A stretch of 36,713 nucleotides of DNA from an uncultured Methanosarcinales archaeon. GTDB taxonomy: Archaea; Nanobdellota; Nanobdellia; Woesearchaeales; CAYNLP01. A program made the translations under genes and the position numbers. Shown here one piece after another: positions 1-8,465 of the stretch. Under the pieces are notes generated by a model. That model did not search any database, had not been told where the DNA came from, and saw only the letters and a program-made list of their open reading frames with translations. Location: assembly GCA_964398115.1 (NCBI GenBank), contig CAYNLP010000002.1, positions 1 through 36,713 on the forward strand, in the 5' to 3' direction. Within the stretch, counting starts at the first letter, position 1. Every line of letters starts with the position of its first letter.

Positions 1-122
1 GAGACAAACCTTCCAAAATGAAAAACAGACCAAAAACAGAAAAAAGGCCGGAACGGCCTTACGGTGGAGAACTCTGCAGCAGTTGCATGAGAGAAAAAAT
101 CAAGGAAAAAGCTCTGGAATAA
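1..122 (+). CDS. rpl34e: 50S ribosomal protein L34e, 3' part (truncated by window start)
   Basis: Hand translation from base 3 gives DKPSKMKNRPKTEKRPERPYGGELCSSCMREKIKEKALE* (TAA 120-122). KRPERPYGGxLCxxC is the archaeal L34e C-terminal signature, and L14e follows. Confidence 0.92.
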   Translation, partial: DKPSKMKNRPKTEKRPERPYGGELCSSCMREKIKEKALE

Positions 123-178
123 GGTCTCAGAACATGCGGCGACGGTGTTCGCTTCTTTGAGACCCAGGTGATAGAAAA

Positions 179-658
179 ATGATGGAAATAGGACGTGTCT
201 GTGTAAAAACAGCTGGAAGAGACGCAGGAAACAAGTGCGTAGTAATAGAACAATTAGACGATAATTTCGTAATGATAGATGGAGCTACCAGAAGAAGAAA
301 ATGTAATCCAAAACACCTCGAACCCTTAGACCAAACACTCGACATAAAAGAAGGCGCTTCCCACTCTAAAGTTAAAGAAGCATTTAACGAACTAGACGTC
401 GAAGTCCGAGAAACCACACCCAAAGAAAGCAGTCCAAGACCCAAGAAGCAAAAGGTGGAAAAAGAAGAACCAACCCAAACGGAAGAAAGCGAAGAAAGTC
501 AAGAAGATGAAGAAAAAGAAATACCAGCAAGAAGCACTATAGAAAACAAGACTAAAGATGAAATTAAAGAATACGCAAGTGAAGAGTGGGATGTTGAACT
601 ATCAACGAATGATTTGAAGGATGAAATGATCGACCAACTATTCGAAGAAATAAGTTAA
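179..658 (+). CDS. rpl14e: 50S ribosomal protein L14e with acidic linker and extra C-terminal helical domain
   Basis: EIGRVCVKTAGRDAGNKCVVIEQLDDNFVMIDG..RRRKCNPKHLEP matches archaeal L14e. SD AGGTGA at 166-171. Confidence 0.93.
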   Translation: MMEIGRVCVKTAGRDAGNKCVVIEQLDDNFVMIDGATRRRKCNPKHLEPLDQTLDIKEGASHSKVKEAFNELDVEVRETTPKESSPRPKKQKVEKEEPTQTEESEESQEDEEKEIPARSTIENKTKDEIKEYASEEWDVELSTNDLKDEMIDQLFEEIS

Positions 659-663
659 AAACA

Positions 664-1185
664 CTATTCTTCTTTCTCAATCTCTTCAAGAAGTATATCC
701 ACAGCTTCTTCAGCACTACTAGCAGAAAGTATCTTTTCAGTCTCCCTTTCATCCAAATACTCACCAGCAACCTTCTCAGCCGTACCACCACTATTTTCAA
801 CAGCCACTATCGGCCTTTCAAACATGTAAGCAAAAGTAGCCTCATTCATAGTCCCCGCACCCCCACCCACAAGGATAACGCCGTCACTAGAAGCAATATT
901 AATCTCATCACGTGCCAAACCAATACCAGAAGCGATTATAACATCGCAAAAATGATTCGCCTTATCCATCTTCTTCTCAGGAATTATGCCAACCGTTATA
1001 CCCTCATTTTCATGAGCGCCTTTCAAAGCTGCCTCCATAACACCAGCACCACCACCTGTTAAAGTAATATGACCTTTTTCAGCAATTAACTCACCAACTT
1101 TGAAAGCAGTATCATACTGTTCATCAGTACAAATCCCTTCATCACTACCCAGAACAGCGATTTGATAAGGACGCTTACTAGACAA
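664..1185 (-). CDS. TIGR00725/LOG-family Rossmann-fold nucleotide-binding protein
   Basis: IAVLG, TGGGAGVMEAA, TVGIIP and VGGGAGTMNE motifs. TTG start with GAGGTGA SD, overlapping the pheT stop. Confidence 0.88.
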   Translation of the reverse strand: MSSKRPYQIAVLGSDEGICTDEQYDTAFKVGELIAEKGHITLTGGGAGVMEAALKGAHENEGITVGIIPEKKMDKANHFCDVIIASGIGLARDEINIASSDGVILVGGGAGTMNEATFAYMFERPIVAVENSGGTAEKVAGEYLDERETEKILSASSAEEAVDILLEEIEKEE

Positions 1186-2833
1186 TATCAGTCACCTCTA
1201 ACAAGTCCGAAATGTTCAATTCAAAAGTAGAAACAGGCATTTCCAAATCAAAGTTTTCCAAAACTTCAGGATGAACCTCCCCCATATAAACAACTCCCTT
1301 ACCATTCACATAAACCCTAGACGCTCTTCCAGGAACAAAGCTAGGATGCTCTGTTTCTTCATACTCAGCCTCCACCCCCAAACTTTCGAAAACGTTCTCC
1401 AACACCTGCTTAGCTTTAGTATAATCCGCGTCTTCACCACATAAAGCCACAGCCACACGATCAGCTTCTTCAACACCAGTTTCAGACTCGTTACCCTTCT
1501 TAAACACCGGCCCCACTTCAAAAATGTTCTGCGGGTATTCATAATGCTTGTTTTCACTCAAATTCTTCAACAAACAAGGGATCATCCAAACCCGCATCAC
1601 ATTATATTCTTCAGACAAACTATTAGCAAGCTCCACCAAACCCATATCCATATTCATCATTTCATTCTGAACCCGCTCGTTACTAAGACTATAATTCTTC
1701 ACCTCAATCAATCCATGACCAACCAAGACGTCTCGAACCTTATCCAAGACGACGCCCTCTTTAGATTCATCTCCAATAGTGGCAACGTTCGGAATCTCGG
1801 CAGTGAATTCATCAAATCCATAAGCAATAGCTATGTCTTCAACCAAATCGACAGGGTGTAAGACGTCACTTCTGTAAGCAGGAATTACAATCTCTCCTTT
1901 ATCGTAACCAAATCCCATCCTTTCAACCAAGCCTTGTAATTCACTTTCATCCAAGTCCAGACCTAATTTCTTATTAACATAATCCACTTCAACTTCAAGC
2001 TTTTCAGGAGTTAAATCAGGTGTGACCTTTCTACTATCCGGATACTCTAGTTTCATACTCTGAATCTTTCCACCCATGTCAGCAAAAGTAGTCACTAACA
2101 TGTTCAAAGCTTTGTTCAAAACACGGAAGTCATGACCACTACATTCAATAAACAACTCTTCCGTGTTTTCATCCACCCTACCTACAGTATCGCTATTGAT
2201 GATGGGAGGCATACTCAAAACTTCACCGTTGTTATCAGCAAAGATTGGATAAACATTTTCATCTTCTAACAAGTGACCAAATTTAACACCTTTAGGATGT
2301 TCTTCTAATATTTCACTTGCAGTCATTCTTTCGTCACTTTCCAACGGTTGGAATTCAATATCCTCCGGGCTTAAAGCCTTATAATGAATGGGTGTCTCGA
2401 TCTTTTCCAACGGATACAAACCAATAGCTACTTTCCTACGATTCCTACCATACGTGACGTGCAACTTCTCCTGCATGTTGATAATTTCTTCAATATTATC
2501 TTCATCTAAGTCTAAACCCCTAATGATAGCACAAGCCGTGTAAGGCCTGACCTGCTCCACACTTTCGTCAACAATAACCTTCTCCCCACTCTTCTCTACT
2601 TTGTAATCTCTAAAACCAGTTTTTTCACCAATGAAGCTAGAAAGCGCTCTTGCAAAACCTTGTTCAGATAACATGTCTGGCCGGTTAGGGAAAACTTCAA
2701 CCACAACTTCACCATCATCTATATCATCAAGGTCTGTACCGAGGAAAGATATACGATTTTCTAACTCTTCATCGCTCAACTTCTTCCCCAAGTTTTCCAA
2801 AAGCACCTTTTTGTTAAGAGTTATCGTCGGCAT
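1178..2833 (-). CDS. pheT: Phenylalanine--tRNA ligase beta subunit
   Basis: MPTITL start, PNRPDMLS, QEKLH..GRNR.KVAIG, LSMPPIINS, YRSDVLHPVDLVEDIAIAYGF, GEVHPEVL. Confidence 0.97.
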   Translation of the reverse strand: MPTITLNKKVLLENLGKKLSDEELENRISFLGTDLDDIDDGEVVVEVFPNRPDMLSEQGFARALSSFIGEKTGFRDYKVEKSGEKVIVDESVEQVRPYTACAIIRGLDLDEDNIEEIINMQEKLHVTYGRNRRKVAIGLYPLEKIETPIHYKALSPEDIEFQPLESDERMTASEILEEHPKGVKFGHLLEDENVYPIFADNNGEVLSMPPIINSDTVGRVDENTEELFIECSGHDFRVLNKALNMLVTTFADMGGKIQSMKLEYPDSRKVTPDLTPEKLEVEVDYVNKKLGLDLDESELQGLVERMGFGYDKGEIVIPAYRSDVLHPVDLVEDIAIAYGFDEFTAEIPNVATIGDESKEGVVLDKVRDVLVGHGLIEVKNYSLSNERVQNEMMNMDMGLVELANSLSEEYNVMRVWMIPCLLKNLSENKHYEYPQNIFEVGPVFKKGNESETGVEEADRVAVALCGEDADYTKAKQVLENVFESLGVEAEYEETEHPSFVPGRASRVYVNGKGVVYMGEVHPEVLENFDLEMPVSTFELNISDLLEVTDIV

Positions 2834-2834
2834 T

Positions 2835-4364
2835 TTATCTTATGAAACTTTCACTCCTCCTCAAATATTGTAAATCGTTTTCATAAATACGCCTTATATC
2901 CTTGATATCATAATAGTCGCTGATAATCCTCTCCATACCAAGGCCCCACGCCAACACAGGAACTTCTTCACCCATCAACGCCTTTGTAACTTCAGGCCTG
3001 AAAATACCAGCCCCGCCAAGCTCCACCCATTCTTCCTTTTCCGGATCGTAAACATCAACCTCAGCGGAAGGCTCCGTATATGGGAAGTGACCCGGTCTGA
3101 TACGAGCGTCGGGAAATCCCATCTTCCCAAAGAACTCTTTCAAATAACCAAGTAAGTTTCTAAAGTTAGCATTAGGATCTACAACTATACCTTCAACCTG
3201 ATAGAACTCAAACAAGTGACTTTTATCCAAACTTTCATTCCTGAAATTCCTACCCACGCTGAAAAACTTAGCTGGCAAGTCCTCTTGCCTCAATTTAGCG
3301 ATGGTCTTAGCACTTAAAACAGTGGTGTGGGTTCGAAGCAACAACTTCTCCGCCTCTTCCTTGCTGAAGTTGTACTGCCATCCTTTACTACCCGTTTCCC
3401 ATCCGTCTTCGTGAGTTTGCTTAACATTCTTGTAAATATCCTTGTCATCAATCCTACCTTTCGCAGGATCTTTCACATAAAAAGTGTCTTGCAAATCCCT
3501 AGCTGGATGATCTTGAGGAGTAAACAACGCATCCATGTTCCAAAAACCCGTTTGGACAATGTTGCCGGTCATTTCTTCAAAACCCATATCCAACCATATC
3601 CTCTTGATATAATCAATTGCTTCATTAACGAAATGTTTCTTACCATAATTGATTTTAGGAACGTTAACAGTGACGTCATAAGCTCGGAACTCTTTTTCCC
3701 TCCATTCACCACTGTCTAAAACTTCAGGCGTTATGTTTTCAACGTATTCGTCACTTTCTATACCTTCTTCCAACAATTTCTTTCCTTTATCAGTCACTTC
3801 GAAGTGAGTAGTTTTCTGAGTTTTACTTTCTAAAATGTTCTTCCTAGACTTCAAATCTTCAACAACTTCTTTCTCATCAGGATTCAAACCAATAACGTAC
3901 AAAGGATAATCTTTCTTCAACAACTTCTCTTCATCTGTCTCTTCAAACAACCATTCCTTACCCTTTTCCGTGATAGTTACAAACAAATCGCCGTCTTTCT
4001 CAATATCAATAAGTCCTTTCTTCTTCAACTGTCCTAAACTAGCTTGGACTTCTTCCTGACTCAAACCACTCTTGACCTTTACTTCTTCCAAAGTAAGTTC
4101 TTCTTCCTTCTCTAAAGATTTCAAAAATCTTCTTTCAGGCAGTCCTTCTTCAGCATATTCCTTGCCAAACTCTCCTAAATGTAATACTTCGTCCTCAGTC
4201 TTTTCAAGCTCTACAACATCTTTGTTTGAAAGCCATTGAAGTGCTCTAGTAACTTCTACTTCTTTCAAACCACTTTCTTCTATCAATTCCGCATCAGTTT
4301 CGCAATGCTCCAAGAACGGGAGTACTTTCCTCTCTAACGGATGCAATTTTTTCGCAATCTCCAT
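2835..4364 (-). CDS. pheS: Phenylalanine--tRNA ligase alpha subunit (archaeal long form)
   Basis: FWNMDALFTPQDHPARDLQDTF, LLRTHTT, FRNE, FPYTEPS, ELGGAGIFRPEV, AWGLGMER. Confidence 0.97.
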   Translation of the reverse strand: MEIAKKLHPLERKVLPFLEHCETDAELIEESGLKEVEVTRALQWLSNKDVVELEKTEDEVLHLGEFGKEYAEEGLPERRFLKSLEKEEELTLEEVKVKSGLSQEEVQASLGQLKKKGLIDIEKDGDLFVTITEKGKEWLFEETDEEKLLKKDYPLYVIGLNPDEKEVVEDLKSRKNILESKTQKTTHFEVTDKGKKLLEEGIESDEYVENITPEVLDSGEWREKEFRAYDVTVNVPKINYGKKHFVNEAIDYIKRIWLDMGFEEMTGNIVQTGFWNMDALFTPQDHPARDLQDTFYVKDPAKGRIDDKDIYKNVKQTHEDGWETGSKGWQYNFSKEEAEKLLLRTHTTVLSAKTIAKLRQEDLPAKFFSVGRNFRNESLDKSHLFEFYQVEGIVVDPNANFRNLLGYLKEFFGKMGFPDARIRPGHFPYTEPSAEVDVYDPEKEEWVELGGAGIFRPEVTKALMGEEVPVLAWGLGMERIISDYYDIKDIRRIYENDLQYLRRSESFIR

Positions 4365-4431
4365 AGTAACGAGAAATACACGAATTGATTATTTAAAACT
4401 AACTATTAAAAGAGAGAAAGAAGAGAAAAAA

Positions 4432-5241
4432 TTAGACTTGGATTTTTTCCATGTCTTTCCAAGCGTACTCGAATAATTCTTCAAGCGCGTTAGCAAAGAA
4501 TGGTGTGTTAATCCAAATCCCGATGTCGTAAGTTGGATGGACTTCTGCATCATCCATTATCATAAAGATGATCTCTTCACTATCCACAACTACAAACCTT
4601 GCATCGACATCTGCATCCCGGACTTCTGCAACATCTTCTAATTCTGTAGCTGCCTCTTTTGCTTCTCCAGTCATTGGACAAGCTATCCGGATGTCAACGC
4701 CTCGATTGTCAAGTTTTTGCAGCAAAGGCTTGAAACCTTCAACTTTTCTCAAAAAGCCTTCACTTGTAGTCATTATCGTGACCGTGTCTTCAGCGTTTTT
4801 CATCGCCAACTCGAGATGGTTGTAAAGATTGTGCCTTCCTTTCAAAGCACCAGTCATGTCGCTTGGTTCAACAAGTTCAACACCTTGCTTGTGCAAATCG
4901 TTTAATTCCTCAACAACATCAGTGTCTTTCAAATTCTCGAGTTTATTGGCTTTTTCTTCGGCCTTCTCCTTAATGTTTTTCTTAACCCTTTCCACAACTT
5001 CTTCGGGCGGAACTGCAATGTACTTTATAGGCTTGCCGATCTTCATAACGACAAATCCTTTCTTTTCTAAGCTTTCTAACACGTCGTAGCTCCTGCTCCT
5101 TGGAACGTTAGCTATGTCTGAAAGCTCTCCTGCTGTGCTAACTCCTCTAGAAAGTAGTGCTGTCCAAATCTTGACTTCGTAAAGATTAAGATCGAAATAT
5201 CTCCTTAACCGGCTTAAAAATTCTTCATCTTTTACTATCAT
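4432..5241 (-). CDS. TrmB-family regulator (TrmBL2-like)
   Basis: FDLNLYEVKIW..STAGELSDIANVPRSRSYDVLESLEKKGF winged HTH, then a coiled linker and a PLD-like effector domain. GGGGGTG SD upstream. Confidence 0.9.
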   Translation of the reverse strand: MIVKDEEFLSRLRRYFDLNLYEVKIWTALLSRGVSTAGELSDIANVPRSRSYDVLESLEKKGFVVMKIGKPIKYIAVPPEEVVERVKKNIKEKAEEKANKLENLKDTDVVEELNDLHKQGVELVEPSDMTGALKGRHNLYNHLELAMKNAEDTVTIMTTSEGFLRKVEGFKPLLQKLDNRGVDIRIACPMTGEAKEAATELEDVAEVRDADVDARFVVVDSEEIIFMIMDDAEVHPTYDIGIWINTPFFANALEELFEYAWKDMEKIQV

Positions 5242-5303
5242 CTTGCACCCCCTAAACTAGGGTCCTCACCCCTCTTTTCTGGAATTTTTGATTGTACAGT
5301 GCT

Positions 5304-5349
5304 GAAAGTGTATAACTACTATTTATATGTTACGCTCGTTTACACTTTC
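5304..5349. promoter_or_regulatory. Inverted repeat flanking a minus-strand TATA box upstream of the TrmB gene
   Basis: GAAAGTGTA (5304-5312) and TACACTTTC (5341-5349) are exact reverse complements. Minus-strand TATAAATA at 5320-5327 lies between them. Confidence 0.5.
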
Positions 5350-5389
5350 GTAATAGTATCAAATCTGTTTGGGTTTATAAACTTTCGGT

Positions 5390-6220
5390 TTATCCTCTTT
5401 TATCCACGACATAAAAACTCTCATTTTGAAACTGAAAAAAGTCAAAATCCCAGTTGTTTTCAAGAAAAATTTCTTCCACCCAATCCCTTTGTCCATGGAT
5501 GGTCTGGCCTCCTCCAAGACTTTGCCTGGCGAAAGAAATTGCTAAATAATCGACAGGAATGTTTTCTAAAACTCTCTTGCTCACATCCCATTCCAAGCTT
5601 TCCAAACTGTCCAGTGTTTTGAACAAGAAAGACACGTCTGCTTCTGGTAAGTTTGTTTCATCAATCTTGGTCATGTCTTGGACGAACGCTTCTCCTTTTA
5701 TCTGTCTCATTTCAAAATATTCATTAATGTATTCGGCTAGTTTCGGACTTATGTCGCAGGCGAAGTAGTCTGGCTCACATCCGAGGAATGGATAGCTGAA
5801 CGGATTGAGTCCGCAAGCTATGTCGAGGATTACGTCGGGATATCCAGTCATGTCAAAAATTTTCTCGTAAATCCTCTCATAAAAAGGAAGTCTCTCTTTA
5901 CTGCTACGATGCATGCTCAAGATCTTGCAATGATTCGCAACGCTCTGATTTTCTCGTAATCCTTCAAGCCCTTCTTCAATCTCTTCATACTTGGATAGCA
6001 TGAACGCTCCGTACACTTCTCGAAGTCTAGCTCGAACCTCTTTTAACATGTCGTCATATTCTTGACTTCTTTGAAACTCTTCTAAAGATTTGGAGCTGTC
6101 GACTTTTTCCATGAATTCAGGGTTTTCTTGGATGTATTCGGCTAAGATTTTCTTGACGAATTTTTTATCTACACCTTTAAGTTCTTCCTTGTCCTTGATT
6201 AAAGATATAATGTCTTCCAT
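5390..6220 (-). CDS. ArmA/Rmt/FmrO-family 16S rRNA (guanine-N7) methyltransferase homolog
   Basis: LSMHRSSKERL, ILDIACGLNPF, SFLFKTLDSLE and ISFARQSLGG match, in order, the family motifs HxSTxERL, DxxCGxNP, LxKxLxxLE and VSFPxxSLGG. Confidence 0.85.
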   Translation of the reverse strand: MEDIISLIKDKEELKGVDKKFVKKILAEYIQENPEFMEKVDSSKSLEEFQRSQEYDDMLKEVRARLREVYGAFMLSKYEEIEEGLEGLRENQSVANHCKILSMHRSSKERLPFYERIYEKIFDMTGYPDVILDIACGLNPFSYPFLGCEPDYFACDISPKLAEYINEYFEMRQIKGEAFVQDMTKIDETNLPEADVSFLFKTLDSLESLEWDVSKRVLENIPVDYLAISFARQSLGGGQTIHGQRDWVEEIFLENNWDFDFFQFQNESFYVVDKRG

Positions 6221-6310
6221 GTTAGTATTGGGAAAAATGTTTTATTTAAAAATGGTTGTGAAAGTATTATATGCTAATATTTTTAATTTCTGACTTTATT
6301 ATAGTATTCC

Positions 6311-6709
6311 ATGTCGGTTAAGTCTGTACCAGTAGAGGAGTTGACTGTAGACGATGTGGTTCGTATTCTCGAAATCTATGATGGGGTGGGGGGGACTGTT
6401 CCGAGGAATGAAGAAGGAGAGTTTCTACATATGGCAGACCCTAGAAAAATCTACGATCGTCTAGAAGAGGCAGTTGCCGATTCAGGTCAAGGTATTAATC
6501 ATGCGCGATTTATGCTTAACGATGGTTTTAGGTTTGGTTCAAAGTATACTCCTCACTCTAAGCTCGTTTTTTACGTCTCGCCTCATGGTGAATTAGAACC
6601 ACGGTTTAGGATTAATATGGATAGAGATTTTTCTCTCTACGATGAAGCTCGTAAAGCCTCAGAAGAATTTGAAAGGAAAGTAAACCGATACTTTAGTGAA
6701 AGATTTTGA
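6311..6709 (+). CDS. Hypothetical protein (132 aa)
   Basis: ATG ORF filling the gap between two genes, with protein-like composition and an AT-rich upstream region. No motif recognised. Confidence 0.7.
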   Translation: MSVKSVPVEELTVDDVVRILEIYDGVGGTVPRNEEGEFLHMADPRKIYDRLEEAVADSGQGINHARFMLNDGFRFGSKYTPHSKLVFYVSPHGELEPRFRINMDRDFSLYDEARKASEEFERKVNRYFSERF

Positions 6710-6765
6710 CTTCGTAAATGTGTTCTAGAAGAGTTTTAAAATGATTCTATCAATTATTTATTTCA

Positions 6766-6784
6766 ATATTGAAAAGAAATATTG
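6766..6784. repeat. 19-bp exact dispersed repeat, copy 1
   Basis: ATATTGAAAAGAAATATTG, identical to 31455-31473. Overlaps the palindrome TTTCAATATTGAAA (6761-6774). Confidence 0.7.
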
Positions 6785-6787
6785 TTT

Positions 6788-7837
6788 TCAAGCTTCCCAC
6801 CTGAGAACCCCTGCAACACCACCGAGGTTATCCAACTTGTTCGCCTCTTCTTCAGAACTTATCAGGTGTACTTCTCCACTCATGTTTTCACATTGCTTCA
6901 TCAACTCATCCACTTTTTCATAATCCTCTTCTTCCCTCATCTTAACAACGTAATTGTTAGAAACCGCGAGTTTTTCAACACTCCCAATCTCCACCTTTTC
7001 CTTACAATCTTCAAAACCATAACACGCTTTATCTTTCGAGATAGCCTCCGTTATCTCATCTAACAACCCTGCTTCTTTCCTAGTCCGATCCTTCTCTAAA
7101 ACCTTCTTCAGCTCCGGTCGGTTAACAACCTCTTTCAAACCACGCTCACCTACAACACTACAACTTGCCTGAAAAACTTTTTCTTTTAAACCTTCACTTA
7201 ATTCTTTCATCAAGTATTCCTTCCAAAAACCAGGACTAGCCACTACTATCTGCGAAGGCTCAAACTTTTCGTCATAATTCTCTAAAGCACTGGCAACATC
7301 TTGGTAAAAGTTTCCTTTCGCTTGGTTTTCAACACGTTTCTTCTCAACCTCGCCCTTGATTTCAGAAAGTACTTCCAAACCTCTTTGCGTGAGTAAACCA
7401 AAGGTCGCTTCTTCTCTATTATGACAAACCAGTAAGACGTTCTTACCCACTCGCTGACTAGCCTCGTTTAACTTCTCCAATAAATACTTCGGCCACTTTT
7501 CCTTCTGAATAGTAATGGTATAATTCTCATCCACATTAAAAGTGTGATAACTCCCTTGATCAACCTCATCAGGAGCCTGAATAATCTTACCCTTCACCCT
7601 CAAAACATTACTATGCTTATGAAATTCTACCTTATCCACTTCAAGCGTGAGCCAAACATACCTTCGAACTACTTTTTGATTACGCTCGTTCTCTCCACCA
7701 AGCTTTATCTTCCGCTCAGTCTTACTTCTAGCAACATCTCCCTCTTCAATAATGTTGCTCAAATACCACAAATCATCCAAGTTCTCCGTCTTAACCTTCA
7801 CAACACCTTGCTTCAGCTTCTTCTCCAAAATTTTCAT
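6788..7837 (-). CDS. pelA: mRNA surveillance protein pelota (Dom34)
   Basis: ENLDDLWYLSNIIEEGD, LRVKGKI, GSYHTFNV, VVASPGFWK, C-terminal LDNLGGVAGVLRW. Confidence 0.96.
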   Translation of the reverse strand: MKILEKKLKQGVVKVKTENLDDLWYLSNIIEEGDVARSKTERKIKLGGENERNQKVVRRYVWLTLEVDKVEFHKHSNVLRVKGKIIQAPDEVDQGSYHTFNVDENYTITIQKEKWPKYLLEKLNEASQRVGKNVLLVCHNREEATFGLLTQRGLEVLSEIKGEVEKKRVENQAKGNFYQDVASALENYDEKFEPSQIVVASPGFWKEYLMKELSEGLKEKVFQASCSVVGERGLKEVVNRPELKKVLEKDRTRKEAGLLDEITEAISKDKACYGFEDCKEKVEIGSVEKLAVSNNYVVKMREEEDYEKVDELMKQCENMSGEVHLISSEEEANKLDNLGGVAGVLRWEA

Positions 7838-7857
7838 CTTGATTTAAAAAACGACAG

Positions 7858-7872
7858 TATTTTTAATAAAGG
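7858..7872. promoter_or_regulatory. Probable bidirectional TATA element between pelota and Ham1
   Basis: The single AT tract TATTTTTAATAAAGG reads as a TATA-like box on both strands, about 24-26 nt from each divergent ATG (7837 and 7891). Confidence 0.5.
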
Positions 7873-7890
7873 TTTCTTTACCGTCAAACA

Positions 7891-8433
7891 ATGGCATTAT
7901 ACCTCGTCACAGGAAACAAACACAAATACGAAGAATTCAAAACAATACTCCCCAACCTAGAGAGACTAGTGATAGACATACCTGAAATACAAAGCAACGA
8001 CCAGAAACACATAATGAAAGAAAAACTGAAAGAAGTAATGAAAAGAAGAAAAGGAGAATTCCTCGTTGAAGACACAGGCCTCTACCTAGACTGTATGAAC
8101 GGCTTCCCCGGACCCCTTGTCAAATGGATGATAGAAAAAGTAGGCAGTGAAGGACTTGTAGAGATAGCAGAAAAAATGGACAACACAAAAGCTGAAGCCA
8201 AAACCATGATAGGCCTAGCAGAAGCCAGCGGAAACATGGAATTCTTCCAAGGAGTGACAAAAGGAAAACTAGTCCATCCAAGAACAGAAAGCGAATTTGA
8301 CTGGGACAAAATCTTCCAACCAGAAGGACATAACCAAACATACGCTGAGATGAACACGCTAGAAAAAAACCAAATAAGCCAGAGAGGAAAAGCCTTAGAA
8401 AAACTCAGAGAATACCTTGATTCCAGACAATAG
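7891..8433 (+). CDS. rdgB: Ham1/RdgB-family non-canonical purine NTP pyrophosphatase
   Basis: VTGNKHK, PEIQ, VEDTGL, GFPGPLVKW, TYAEM..EKN.IS.RGKAL. Confidence 0.92.
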   Translation: MALYLVTGNKHKYEEFKTILPNLERLVIDIPEIQSNDQKHIMKEKLKEVMKRRKGEFLVEDTGLYLDCMNGFPGPLVKWMIEKVGSEGLVEIAEKMDNTKAEAKTMIGLAEASGNMEFFQGVTKGKLVHPRTESEFDWDKIFQPEGHNQTYAEMNTLEKNQISQRGKALEKLREYLDSRQ

Positions 8434-8465
8434 ATTTATATATTAAGAAGCAGAATAAATCGCTT

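Noticed and set aside
3320..3345. GGTTCGAA resembling a tRNA T-loop
   Set aside because: Lies antisense within pheS (LLRTHTT motif) with no cloverleaf around it.
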